A stretch of 64,000 nt of DNA, taken from assembly GCA_043228905.1 (NCBI GenBank), contig JBHGNT010000015.1, positions 2,604,001 through 2,668,000 of the forward strand, read 5' to 3'. The notes beneath the pieces are model-generated. The model was not told where the DNA came from. It saw nothing but the letters and a program-made list of their open reading frames with translations, and searched no databases. Below, one piece after another: positions 1 through 10,731 of this stretch (the first letter of the stretch is position 1; the number at the start of each line of letters is the position of its first letter). Source of the DNA: Azolla caroliniana. Taxonomy: Eukaryota; Plantae; Polypodiophyta. Made by a program: the position numbers and the translations under genes.

Positions 1-453
1 GGATGCCATCGTCTCACCGGCGCCGGATATCGGTTTGCCGCCGGATCACTGGCTCCATCGCCGGTCTGGTTTTGGTTGGCCAAAACCCTTTACGAGTAGC
101 TAGCCCACCTCCACTCTTAGGTCAAGTTACCTTGAACTCTCTATGCTCCACACATAGACACAAAGATAATATCTTTTGCTCTACCTTATATATGATGAGA
201 GCCGTATTTGTCGTGCCTATGTGGGATATCTCACAATTTTCTCTTTTCCTTTCACAAACTTTATACCCTCATATCTTAACATTTAGTTGTCCGTTTCTCG
301 TGTAATAAAGTGCATTCGAAACCTCCATCATTTTGTACTTAGATATTAAATTTATTTAAAATGTTATCTTCACAATTATTGTATTATGTGATTCATACTC
401 GATTTCGTATGTTTTATGGGATTTTCACACTATTGCCGAAAATCTTCACGACA
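1..453 (-). mobile_element. Partial LTR related to the gag-only (TR-GAG-like) family, inserted into gypsy integrase
   Basis: Ends ...TTTCACACTATTGCCGAAAATCTTCACGACA, matching the LTR termini at 18953, 21826 and 34012. Followed by target ACGT (454-457) within the IEDV codons of gypsy IN. Confidence 0.7.
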
Positions 454-1189
454 ACGTCCTCAATCAAAAACCGGCATACAGCTGTCGTCGTCTTGTTCTG
501 CAGGGCTCGGCCTTCAACCTGGTTCGTTAGATCTTCCCGAGCCAACACCAGATACCGCATCTGTCCTATCCCCATCGGCATCGTCACCAAATCCACCATC
601 CACTTGAAGTGGACAGTCAAAGGGTAGGTCGGGTGAAGCTCGTCCCGATGTCGGATCATGGAGTGCACCTGGTAGCTTTCGCAAGTCGTCACGAACCGAT
701 GCACGTCCCGATATAGTCCCGGCCACCAGTACTTCCCCTTTAGCTTTTCAAACGTGGTCCACGTTCCACGGTGTCCAGCCCACGGGCTTTCGTGGTACGC
801 CGCCAGCAAATCCTCTTGTTCCTCCTTCTTCGCCACCACTCGGAGTGGGATGTTGTCCCTCTTCTTCGGGTGCTTCCATATGTACCCGTCCCAGAGAAAG
901 AATCGATACACTTTCTTTCGGATCTGGTTGGCCTCATCCTTTGTCCATGCCGCGTCCGGTGTCATTGTTTTCAGGAACCCTCCGATCTGTAGCCACTCCC
1001 CGTTGTACTTGCTCTCGTCGAAATCGTTAAGCGTCGGAGTGCATTCCCTGCCGGTTGTTACGTAGGCCGCCTCGAAGAAGTTCACGCCGACTTCCTCGTC
1101 CTCCGAAACCATGCCGCCCTCGTTTTCGAACCTCGCCCTTGAAAGCATGTCGGCCATGGTATTGTCTTTCCCGGAAATGTGTCGTACTT
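454..1189 (-). pseudogene. Ty3/gypsy pol fragment (RNase H end to integrase HHCC and core start), possibly the continuation of copy E
   Basis: Translation RHISGKDN..ADMLSR..YHESPWAGH..KWMVDLVTMP is near-identical to the pol of copy A. Cut by the gap on one side and by an LTR on the other. Confidence 0.9.
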
Positions 1190-1289
1190 NNNNNNNNNNN
1201 NNNNNNNNNNNNNNNNNNNNNNNNNNNNNNNNNNNNNNNNNNNNNNNNNNNNNNNNNNNNNNNNNNNNNNNNNNNNNNNNNNNNNNNNN
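1190..1289. other. Assembly gap (100 N)
   Basis: Run of N. Confidence 1.
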
Positions 1290-1615
1290 AAAGAGGGAGC
1301 AGCCGTGAGAGAGAGAGAGAGAGATAGAGCGCGAGAGTGGAAGAGGTAGACGCCTCTGTGTATTTCCGCCGCCTGTGGCGAGGACAGCGAGCTCAAGGTC
1401 GTCGCCTTGGAGCTCGTCATTGTATACTTCTCTGTATAGCGTTGTTTGGAGTCTTGTACTCCCGTGGTTTTTTCCCGTCTGGGTTTTCCACGTCAATCCC
1501 TGTGTACTCGCGTTTCTTTTGTTTCTCGTGTGGTTCCTATTCTCTGCTCCATTGATCCGCGATTACTCGGTTGTGGCCGAGCAAAGAAGGTGAATCGAAG
1601 CGTTGATTCCCGTCA
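1290..1615 (+). mobile_element. Partial copia family-1 LTR (3' or solo LTR, copia1c) inserted in the RNase H of copia1a
   Basis: Reverse-complement match to LTR 11853-12459. Ends ...GATTCCCGTCA and is followed by host RNase H sequence CATCC (AGKEMIWM on minus), not by a PBS. Confidence 0.8.
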
Positions 1616-1976
1616 CATCCATATCATTTCCTTGCCGGCTTCAACAGCCGCCATGTACTCCGCCTCCGTGGTTGACAACGCAACCGTCTTCTGCAGCCTC
1701 GACTGCCACGAAACGGCTCCCCCTGCATACGTCATCACATACCCTGATGTACCGAATCGGTGAAGCCGTCGAGTTCGGGCTTACCGGAGCCGAATCGGAG
1801 GCACACGTTTGCCGTGCCCTTCAGGTATCGGAGTATCCACTTGGCCGCGTTCCAGTGCTCTTTGCCGGGATTGCTCATGTACCGGCTCACCACTCCGACT
1901 GCATATCCGATGTCCGGTCTCGTACACACCATGGCGTACATCAAGCTCCCGACGGCTGAGGCATACGGCACTTTCA

Positions 1977-4282
1977 TCATATCCTCCTTTTCGGCCTTTG
2001 TCTTGGGACTTTGCTTGCTGGACAGCTTGCAGTTTGCCGGGAGGGTCGATCCGATCGGTCTTGCTTCTCATGCAGGGAATCCATCTCGTCCTGCATGGCA
2101 CTCAACCACCTGCGGCTCTGGGTGTCGTGCTTTGCTTCTTCAAAGCTCTCCGGCTCCCCCTCGTCGGTTAGCAGCACGTGCTCTGGATCCGGAAATCTCC
2201 GGGGGGCCCTCCTCTCTCTTAGAGGATATCTCCGTTCGGGAGCTTCGATAACCGGTTCTTCCGATTCTTCTTCATCCGAGTCCATTTCGGGATCGGGGCC
2301 GGTTCCGGTATCATTTTCATCTTCTTCGGCCGGTTCTGTTTCTTCACCGTCTTCGGCCGGATCCTCGAGTGCTAACCGGTCCCTTGCCGGTCGGGACTGC
2401 TCCTCGTAGAGTTGATCCTCACCGGTCGACTTGGAGCTCTTCATCTTCTTCTCCGACTCCCAGTCGGCGAGTGTCTTGTCCTCCATGAAGATGATGTCTC
2501 GACTCCTGAATATCTTCTTGTCGACCGGGTCCCATACTCGGTAGCCGAACTCATCGTCGCCGTAACCGAGGAATATGCATGGCCGGGTCTTTGGATCTAG
2601 CTTTCCTCTCCGGTCCTTTGCCACATGCACGTATGCGAGACACCCGAACACCTTCAGATGCCGGTAGGACACTTCCTTACCGGTCCACACTTTCTGCGGC
2701 GTGTCTCCGTCCAAAGGTACTGAGGGTGATCTGTTTATCACGTATGTCGCCGTCGACATTGCCTCAGCCCAAAACCCCTTGGGTAATTTCGCATGCGCCA
2801 GCATACTCCGGACCCTCTCCATTATGGTCCGGTTCATCCTCTCGGCCAGCCCGTTCAGTTCCGGCGTCTTCGGCACAGTAAACTCGAGTCGGATTCCCTT
2901 CGAGCGACAGTACTCCTGGAACTGCCCCCGGTATTCCCCTCCGTTATCCGCTCGTGTCGCTTTCAGCTTCTTGCCGGATTCCCTTTCCACTCTCGCGTGG
3001 AGTTCTTTGAAGACGCACAACACTTGGTCCTTTGTCTTCAACGGTGCCGTCCACAGCTTCCGGCTGTGATCATCAATGAATGTTACGAAGTACTGGGCTC
3101 CGCCATGTGACTTCGTTTCTACCTGACACACATCAGTGTGCACCAACTCCAATGGTGCGCTACGTCTCGTCGGTGGCCTTGAGTGGAAGGAGGTTCGGTT
3201 CTACTTACCGGCCAGGCAATCGGTGCACCTCTCCAGGTGCACATGCCTCACTGGAATAAGGTTGTCTTCTGCAAGCCTCTTCATCCCCTTCTCACTCATG
3301 TGGCACAGTCTCTTGTGCCACAGCTCACCGGCAGTGTCGGCTGCCACGTTCAGCTCCTCCGGACATAGCCGGGAATTCATGAGGTACAGTGTGTTGATCT
3401 TCCGGGCCCGAGCCACTATCAAGCTCCCTTTGTTGAACCTCATGACACCGTTCCGGATGCTACCCGTGTAGCCTTCATTGTCTAGCCTCCCGGCCGAAAT
3501 CAGGTTCAATCGAACCTCCGGAACGTGTCGGACATCCTTCAGCAGCATCTTGCATCCGGTTGATGTCATCAGCCACACGTCTCCTATGCCGGCAATCCGG
3601 CATGTACCTTCATTTCCCATCCGGACACAGCCGTGCTCACCGGTTGTGTAGGATGAGAAGTATTTCTTCTCCGGGGTCAGATGGAACGATGCTCCGGAAT
3701 CGACCACCCAGGTCATCTCCTCACCGGCAAGGTTCAGCTCCGTCTCTTCGGTAATGAGCATTATCTCTTCTTCACTTGCCGCGAGTGCCGTCGTTCCTTT
3801 CCGGTCCTGTCCTCGCCGATCCGGACCTCTCCGGTCCGTGGCTCCCCGGTATGCACCGTTTCTCTCCGGTGACTTCTTCGAATCGGCGTCGTCGGCTCCG
3901 TTGTCCTTTCGGTAATGCCGACAATTCTTCCAGAAGTGCCCCGGCTTCCCACAGTGGAAGCATGTGGGCCTTCCTCTTGACTGCGACCGGGTCCCCGACT
4001 TCTCCCGTCTTTGCGGACTCCGGTTCCATTGTCTTCCCCGATCCGATTCGGTAAGCAGCGCCTTCGAGTCGGAGGCCGGTTCTTTATCTCTCCGACGCGC
4101 TTCTTCGTTCAAAATGCTTGTCTTTACCGTTTGTAAGGACAAGTTATCTTCTGTGCAGGAGGTGCTGAGAGTCACCACCAAGTTCTCCCAGCTTTCCGGC
4201 AATGTACACATCAGGATGATGGCTTGCATTGCATCCTCCAACGGGAACTTGATCGCCGCAAGCTGGTTCACGAATCCCATGA
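1977..4282 (-). pseudogene. copia1a gag C-terminus, protease and integrase (disrupted polyprotein)
   Basis: ORFs 3201..4310 and 1977..3152 carry CFHCGKPGHFWKNC, WVVDSGAS, LWHKRLCH and the IN core. Confidence 0.9.
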
Positions 4283-4286
4283 ACGT

Positions 4287-5001
4287 TGTCGTGAAGAAAA
4301 CCGCCCACAAGATGAATCGGAGGACAAGGCGTGGGAAACGACTCTACACACACACGCGCGCCAAGAAGTACCTAAGGACGAAGTAGGTACATACGAGGAT
4401 CCTAGGTGGGTAGATTCGGTTGGTATGCAGTTAATGCCAAACGGCCTCTTGACGGGCTATAAAAGGAAGAGGAAGAATAGAAGTGGGCATCTCCCGCGGA
4501 GAGGACGAAGTGCTGCCGAACCGATTTCGGAGCTTCTCTCTCTCTCCCGCTCTCTCTGTCTTCTGCTCCATCGCGTACCTGTGCAGGTTTCGAGGAGGCT
4601 TGCGCTGTTCCGTGGAACGCCCGAGTGCGTCCTGCAGCACCTCCGACCTGTTTCCCCTTTCTGTGCGTCGCGACATACAGGGGTCGGCATCTGTTCGCCG
4701 CCCTGTTCGTTTTCGTTAGTATCTATTTCGTGCCCCACTGAGGGTTGTAGTACTTTAGTCTGTTATTTTCTTGCATTCATAAGTACATATCTTTCGTTGT
4801 TGCGTCCATCTGCGTCGGCGTTTATTTGTGTTCTCTGTTTGTTGGGCCGTGTCCCTGTGTAATCGTCGGTTCTGCGCAATCGGAACTTCGGTTCTGTGTA
4901 ATCGGGGTCTCTCTCTCTTACCTCTCTCTCTCTTGTTCTTCGGTTCAAGACCCCCGTGGTCCCTCCTCCTTTCTACACGCAAGGGCGTAGCAACCCCGAC
5001 A
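4287..5001 (+). repeat. 5' LTR of gypsy A
   Basis: Direct repeat of 10732-11446 (offset 6445), with TATAAAA near 4458. Confidence 0.97.
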
Positions 5002-5004
5002 TCT

Positions 5005-5022
5005 TGGTGAACCCGACGTGAA
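5005..5022 (+). promoter_or_regulatory. Primer-binding site complementary to the tRNA-Trp 3' end
   Basis: TGGTGAACCCGACGTGAA is the reverse complement of the plant cytosolic tRNA-Trp 3' end (..TTCACGTCGGGTTCACCA). The same PBS occurs at 17621-17638, 21164-21181, 27944-27961, 41340-41357 and 49867-49884. Confidence 0.9.
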
Positions 5023-5044
5023 AGAGGCGGCAGAAGAGCAGAAG

Positions 5045-7171
5045 ATGAGGGGGTCGGATCTCGCAGAGGCCATGGCTTCGGCCGTGGATCGGATCGTAAA
5101 CGCGCGCGAGGGTACCGGTGCCCTCGACAGAGCTATTGAGGCGGTCGTCGGCACGATCGGCCGGTTCGATGGGAGGGATGCCACGAAGTATCTGGCGTCC
5201 TACGGTGCAGAAATGTTGATGCGGGACATTCCGGAAGAAAGGCGTCTTGCCGGTTTTCCCCGAGTGGCAATGCCGAGCATCCATGCGGAGGTGCTCGAGG
5301 TGCGGGCGGAGAGCCGTACCTGGGAGGAGTTCGAAGGTCGGCTCCTAGAGAAATACGGGCTGGACGACGCGCTCCGGCTTTCGAAGCGAAGGTTCATGGA
5401 ATGGGTGGAGTCCCCGGGGAAGGGAAGAAACGCGTCGGCACTCCTCCGGGAGTTCGAGGAAAACTTTGCGCGCCTTTCGGCGCTCGACCGAACCATCCTG
5501 GACACGAGCCGGGTCTTGCTGTTTGTCAAGTCGGTCGACGAGCGGGATCGGGAGCAAGTGGGCCTCTTGCTGGAAACCGAAGACGGGCTCACTACCGACT
5601 GGGCGGCTGTCAGGAAGGTCTGTGGCCGTTTCGACAAACGGCGAGAATGGGCGGATAACGGGGCGACCGGGTCGGGCTCGGTCGCAGCAAGGAAGCTCGA
5701 ACCAGCGCCACAGGTGCGCAAGGAAGAGACCCGGGAGTGGTTGGAAACCGGTTCGGCTTCGACCGGCGTAGTCAGAGGCTCAACCGGAGGAGCGGCGCTG
5801 GAGGAATTGACGAAGGCGATAAAGGACCTCCAAATCGCGCAGGCCCGAAGGGAAGGAGGCGAACCGGCTCGTGACCGACGGCCGGCGGCAGGAAACAGGT
5901 GCATGTGGTGCGATGAAGTCGGCCACGTTCGGAAGGACTGCGGCGACTTCGCGGAGGCGCTGAGGGACCGGGTGGTGTACCTGTGGGAAGGACGGGTGCA
6001 TGCCAGCGACACCCGAAGGGCCCTGAGCCGAAACGACGGAAAAGGTGGTATGAAAAGGTTGATGGAAGAGGCGGCGGCCCGACACGCGGAAACCGTCCAC
6101 TACTCGGCGTCGGCCGGCATTCGAGTCGGGGGCGGCGAGGCCCGAAAGGAAAGCAAAGCCGGATTCTGGCCGACGATGCTGGAAGGCCTTGCCGGTGCAG
6201 GGCTTAAAAGGGAGGAATCAGACCGTGCGGAGAAACGGGTACGGGAGATGACCGGGTGGAGCGACCCGGTCGAGGAAAGGACGGGCTTCGTGGAAGCCGC
6301 TTGCCGGAACTACGAGGCTCTGGTAGAAGAGAAGCGGGTGGGAAAACCCGGGACGACCGGGCCCTCACAACGATACGAGACCCGGTCTGGGCCACGACGG
6401 GACGAAGCCGGCAAGGCCGGTACGCAAGATAAACCCCAGAAGGGCGGGTACCGTCTGGGGACGGAGATAGAAAGAACCACGGACTTACGAAAGGTCCTGG
6501 AGGAACGGATCCTCGACAGCAAGGTGGAGCTGTCGCTACGGGAGGTGCTTGGAATCGCCAAGAAGGAGTTCCACGACTCCATCGTGGACTTGGTGAAACG
6601 GAAGAGGCTGTCAACGGAGACAGAACCGGAAAGACCGGTGGAAGTGCGGACGACGCACCTAGACGACATGGCGCTGGGAGACGAGTGGGCGGAAAGCCAC
6701 TATTCGAGACCGCACTGGGCCCGAGCGACCACGGAAACCCCGGTGAAGATCGGCGATGTCCAGGGACCGGTGATAGCTTTGGTGGACCACGGATCGGAGA
6801 TCAATTTGATGTCCATGGACTTCTATAAGAAGGGCAAATGGCCGATCAACACCAAGCACGGGTGGAAAATAAGGGCAGCAACGCGCGCCACCGAGGAACT
6901 GCACGGGGCCTGTCCGAATGTGCGAGTCAAGATCGGCGACGTCGAGATTGACCAGCACTTCTTCGTGCAGGAGACGTCTTCGCATCCGGTCATACTGGGA
7001 GAGCCGTATATCACGGCGGCGCGAATGGAGACCAAGGTGCTGGACAATGGTTCGGCCTATGCGCGGGTCAAGAGCCAGGACGGGCGCCATTCGGTCCAGT
7101 TTTTGACGGTTAGGCCGAACCACGAGCGTAACCGCGACTCCCTCGGTTCCGATAACCGAGAGGATTTTTAG
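5045..7171 (+). CDS. gag: Gag-protease polyprotein of gypsy A
   Basis: Open frame with first ATG at 5045. Contains the CCHC knuckle CMWCDEVGHVRKDC and a protease-like ALVDHGSEINLM..ILGEPYI, and ends EDF*. Confidence 0.9.
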   Translation: MRGSDLAEAMASAVDRIVNAREGTGALDRAIEAVVGTIGRFDGRDATKYLASYGAEMLMRDIPEERRLAGFPRVAMPSIHAEVLEVRAESRTWEEFEGRLLEKYGLDDALRLSKRRFMEWVESPGKGRNASALLREFEENFARLSALDRTILDTSRVLLFVKSVDERDREQVGLLLETEDGLTTDWAAVRKVCGRFDKRREWADNGATGSGSVAARKLEPAPQVRKEETREWLETGSASTGVVRGSTGGAALEELTKAIKDLQIAQARREGGEPARDRRPAAGNRCMWCDEVGHVRKDCGDFAEALRDRVVYLWEGRVHASDTRRALSRNDGKGGMKRLMEEAAARHAETVHYSASAGIRVGGGEARKESKAGFWPTMLEGLAGAGLKREESDRAEKRVREMTGWSDPVEERTGFVEAACRNYEALVEEKRVGKPGTTGPSQRYETRSGPRRDEAGKAGTQDKPQKGGYRLGTEIERTTDLRKVLEERILDSKVELSLREVLGIAKKEFHDSIVDLVKRKRLSTETEPERPVEVRTTHLDDMALGDEWAESHYSRPHWARATTETPVKIGDVQGPVIALVDHGSEINLMSMDFYKKGKWPINTKHGWKIRAATRATEELHGACPNVRVKIGDVEIDQHFFVQETSSHPVILGEPYITAARMETKVLDNGSAYARVKSQDGRHSVQFLTVRPNHERNRDSLGSDNREDF

Positions 7172-7227
7172 AGAGGGCTGCCAAGGCGTGGGGCCGCGAC
7201 AGTCCGGACACCCCGGGAAAACCCCAC
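7162..7227 (+). promoter_or_regulatory. Programmed -1 ribosomal frameshift signal (G GAU UUU, 6-nt spacer, stem-loop/pseudoknot)
   Basis: Heptamer 7162-7168 lies just before the gag UAG. Stems GGGCTG/CAGTCC and GTGGGG/CCCCAC. Conserved in copies C and D. Confidence 0.8.
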
Positions 7228-10200
7228 ACCTGTACGATAAAACCGAAGAAACCTTGTACCACAGGTAGGGAATTTCTGTTCTCCGACAGCGGAGCGTGTA
7301 CGATAGTCGGCATCGGCGGCCGAGAGAAGACAAAGGCGGAGGGGAGACTTCGAGCGTGCGGAGTTCTCGGCCCGGACGAGGAAATCAACGGGGCCGTGGA
7401 GGCGGTCTCACTCGACGACACCTTGGGAATGCTGGGAAAGGTAGTCGAAGAAGGCCTTAACGAAGACCGGACGATACCGGTGTGTTCCGAGGAGATGTAC
7501 GAAGTCATCGCGGACTTCGGTCGAGGGCTCGAGTCAGTTCGGACGGCCCACGTGAACACCAAGTACAAGACTGTGGACCGGAAGGTAAGGCCAGTAGCGG
7601 CACCCTTACCGGAGGACAGCGCGTCGAGAATCAAAGGGGTTGCATCGGACCCTAGTCTACGAGATCCGGCCTGCATAGGGCACACCTTCACTGACGAGAC
7701 GCTCCGAGAGCTCAAAATCGGTGGGGGCGGGTTCCTACTGCCGGCGGAGGAAGACCGGTTTCGGAGAATGCTCGGAAGGCACGGGAAAGCCTTCGCATTC
7801 TCGCCGGAGGAAATCGGGTGCGTTGACCCGACGATCGTGGAGCCGATGGTGATATTCACGGTACCGCATGTACCATGGAATCTCAAGCCAATCCCGGTTC
7901 CGAGAGCTCACATCCCGAAGTTGATGGAGCTGCTGAGGCAGAAAGTTGATATGGGAATTCTCGAGCCGTCGAGCGCCCCATATTCGAATCGATGGTTTAC
8001 CGTACCGAAGAAAAACGGTTCGCTGCGCTTCATCCAGGACCTGCAGCCGGTCAATCGAGTGACCATTCGGAACGCAGGAATCGGACCGACCATAGACGAG
8101 TTCGCGGAGGCCTTCGCCGGAAGGTCAATTTATTCGGTCGGGGATCTATACTCAGGGTACGACCAGTTCCAGCTGGCCGTGGAGAGCAGAGACATTACGA
8201 CGATGCGAACTCCCCTCGGCCTAGTTCGGATGTGTACACTGCCGCAAGGAGGGACCAACTCGGTGGCCCACATGGTGAATGCGATGAACAAGGTTCTGAG
8301 GGACTGTATCCCGGACATCACCATGCCGTTTCTGGACGACATCCCGATCAAGGGATGCCCGGTGGAAGAAAAGGACGAGACGATCGGGCCGGACGGATGC
8401 CGGCGATTCGTGGCGACGCACATCGACGACTGCGAGAAGGTGCTGCAAAGGCTAGAGGATGCGAGACTCACCTTCTCCGGGGAGAAGTCGGCCTTCGGGC
8501 AGTCAGAAATCATGGTGGTCGGACACCTGTGCGGACCATATGGCCGGAAACCGTCTCCGGCAAAGGTAGAAGCCATCTCCGCGATGAAGCCCGACTGCAG
8601 CTCGGTCACGGAAGTACGGAGATTCCTGGGGGCATGCGCGTTCTACCACATGTGGATCCCGCATTACGCACACGTCGCGGAGCCACTGTACGGGTTGCTG
8701 AAAAAGGGGCGAAGGTTCGAATGGCTAGACAAGCACGCGGAATCGGTCCGGAAGCTGAAAGAGGCCCTTGCAGCGGCACCGGCAATCCGGAAGGCGGTTT
8801 ACGGGAAGGGTACCCCGGTATTCATAACGGTGGATACCAGTCCGACCGGGATCGGATGGGTCGTGAACCAGGAAGACGAGGACGGCAATCGGTTTCCGAT
8901 CCGATTCGGCGCGAAAGTCCTCAGTGAACGGCAGCGAGGATACGCCCAGGTTAAACGCGAACTCTGGGGTATTGTTTCGGCGGTTAAGGCCGACAAAGAC
9001 TACCTGATAGGGACGGAAGTGATCATCGAGACGGATTGCCTGCCGATTCTCGGTATGGTTTCCGGATGCGCGACTCCGGACCTGGCGATGCTCAGGTGGA
9101 TAGCGTACATCAAGTCCCTGGACCCGGAAATACGACACATTTCCGGGAAAGACAACGCCATGGCCGACATGCTTTCGAGGGCGAGGTTCGACGACGAGGG
9201 CGGCATGGTTTCGGAAGACGAAGAAGTCGGCGTGGATTTCTTCGAGGCGGCATACATAACGACCGACGGGATGAGCACTCCGGCGCTTAACGAGTTCGAC
9301 GCGAGCAAGTACGACGGGGAGTGGCTGCAGATCGGCGGGTTTTTGAAGACAATGACGCCCGATGCGTCATGGACGAAGGACGAGGCCAACCGGATCCGGA
9401 AGAAAGCGTATCGATTCTTTCTCCGAGATGGGCATCTATGGAAGCACCCGAAGAAGAGGGACGGCGTCCCGCTCCGAGTGGTGGCGATGAAGGAAGTACA
9501 GGAGGAGCTACTGGCGGCCTACCACGACAGCCCTTGGGCTGGACACCGTGGAACGTGGGCGACGTTTGAGAAGCTGAAGGGAAAGTACTGGTGGCCGGGA
9601 TTGTACCGGGACGTGCATCGGTTCGTGTCAACTTGCGAGAGTTGTCAGATGCACTCGATAGTCCGACACCGGGACGGGCTTCACCCTACGTACCCTCCGA
9701 CTATCCACTTCAAATGGATGGTAGATCTGGTGACGATGCCGATGGGGGTAGGACAGATGCGGTATCTGGTCCTAGCGCGGGAAGACCTGACGAACCAGGT
9801 GGAAGGCCGGGCCCTTCAGAACAAGACGACCGCGGCCGTGTGTCGGTTCCTAGTCGAGGACGTGATATGCCGGTACGGGTGCGTCGGGAAGATCGTGGCT
9901 GACCGAGGGGAGTTGGACGCCGAAGAGGCCGCGGAGCTGTTCGACCGGCTTGGAGTCAAGCTCTCGCTCACCACTGCGTACAATCCGGAGGCGAATGGGA
10001 AGGTGGAGCGCGGACACGGACCGATCGTCAAGGCGTTGATTCGGGCATGCGGAGGCCAAGTCGGCAACTGGCCGCGACTTCTACCTTATGCCTTGTGGGC
10101 AGACCGGACCACGCACAGTTCGGTAACCGGGTACATGCCGACGGAGCTCATGTTCGGCCAGAAGCCGACCATGCCGATTGAACGGACGATCTCCTCGTGG

Positions 10201-10659
10201 GCAACGGTCGATTGGAGGGACGAGATGAGCCGGGAGGAGTTGTTGGCCGCACGTATACGACAGCTCGAGCGAAGACCGGAGGACGTGGCACTGGCTACGG
10301 AAAAGCTCCGGGTGGCGAGGACAAAGAACAAAGCCCGGTTCGACCGAACGCACCGGCTACGACCGAAGAAAATCGACGAAGGTGACTGGGTGCTCGTCTA
10401 CGACAGCAGCCTCGACAACCAGCACCGAGCAACAAGGAAGTTCGCACGGAGATGGTTCGGGCCGTACACGGTACAGAGCGCCAACGACAACGGGACGTAT
10501 CATCTGGCGGAACTCGACGGTACGAGAATAGCGATACCCGTGGCCGGGAAGAGGATCAAAGCTTTCAAGAAGCGGCACGACGACGAACCCGACCCGATTC
10601 TCCTGGACAGCAGCGACGACCGACCTGAGGCCGAGGAAGGGCCGGCAGGCGAAGAGTAA
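7162..10659 (+). CDS. pol: Pol (RT-RNase H-integrase) of gypsy A, in the -1 frame relative to gag-pro
   Basis: The frame is open from 7162 (GFLERAAKAWGRDSP...). Motifs: RT LPQG/FLDD, RNase H TVDTS..ELWGI..ETDC, IN HHCC, DDE and GPY. No chromodomain. Confidence 0.92.
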   Translation, partial: GFLERAAKAWGRDSPDTPGKPHTCTIKPKKPCTTGREFLFSDSGACTIVGIGGREKTKAEGRLRACGVLGPDEEINGAVEAVSLDDTLGMLGKVVEEGLNEDRTIPVCSEEMYEVIADFGRGLESVRTAHVNTKYKTVDRKVRPVAAPLPEDSASRIKGVASDPSLRDPACIGHTFTDETLRELKIGGGGFLLPAEEDRFRRMLGRHGKAFAFSPEEIGCVDPTIVEPMVIFTVPHVPWNLKPIPVPRAHIPKLMELLRQKVDMGILEPSSAPYSNRWFTVPKKNGSLRFIQDLQPVNRVTIRNAGIGPTIDEFAEAFAGRSIYSVGDLYSGYDQFQLAVESRDITTMRTPLGLVRMCTLPQGGTNSVAHMVNAMNKVLRDCIPDITMPFLDDIPIKGCPVEEKDETIGPDGCRRFVATHIDDCEKVLQRLEDARLTFSGEKSAFGQSEIMVVGHLCGPYGRKPSPAKVEAISAMKPDCSSVTEVRRFLGACAFYHMWIPHYAHVAEPLYGLLKKGRRFEWLDKHAESVRKLKEALAAAPAIRKAVYGKGTPVFITVDTSPTGIGWVVNQEDEDGNRFPIRFGAKVLSERQRGYAQVKRELWGIVSAVKADKDYLIGTEVIIETDCLPILGMVSGCATPDLAMLRWIAYIKSLDPEIRHISGKDNAMADMLSRARFDDEGGMVSEDEEVGVDFFEAAYITTDGMSTPALNEFDASKYDGEWLQIGGFLKTMTPDASWTKDEANRIRKKAYRFFLRDGHLWKHPKKRDGVPLRVVAMKEVQEELLAAYHDSPWAGHRGTWATFEKLKGKYWWPGLYRDVHRFVSTCESCQMHSIVRHRDGLHPTYPPTIHFKWMVDLVTMPMGVGQMRYLVLAREDLTNQVEGRALQNKTTAAVCRFLVEDVICRYGCVGKIVADRGELDAEEAAELFDRLGVKLSLTTAYNPEANGKVERGHGPIVKALIRACGGQVGNWPRLLPYALWADRTTHSSVTGYMPTELMFGQKPTMPIERTISSWATVDWRDEMSREELLAARIRQLERRPEDVALATEKLRVARTKNKARFDRTHRLRPKKIDEGDWVLVYDSSLDNQHRATRKFARRWFGPYTVQSANDNGTYHLAELDGTRIAIPVAGKRIKAFKKRHDDEPDPILLDSSDDRPEAEEGPAGEE

Positions 10660-10717
10660 AGGCGGGCCGGTTTTCTCCGTGCCAACTTAATTTGGCGCAT
10701 GCCGGTGGATGCGCGGT

Positions 10718-10731
10718 TAGGTGGGGGCGGA
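10718..10731 (+). promoter_or_regulatory. Polypurine tract of gypsy A
   Basis: TAGGTGGGGGCGGA immediately before the 3' LTR. Confidence 0.8.

Noticed and set aside
275-330. A/B-box module in the first LTR (TAGTTGTCC...GCATTCGAAACC)
   Set aside because: Too degenerate and spacing is off, so it was not counted.
414-1496. 360-aa ORF as one protein
   Set aside because: It runs through the N gap, joining antisense copia LTR sequence to gypsy pol.
4224-4862. 212/202-aa ORFs across the A LTRs and many antisense ORFs over gag/pol
   Set aside because: By-products of GC-rich biased codon usage. Not conserved among LTR subfamilies and no env-like features.
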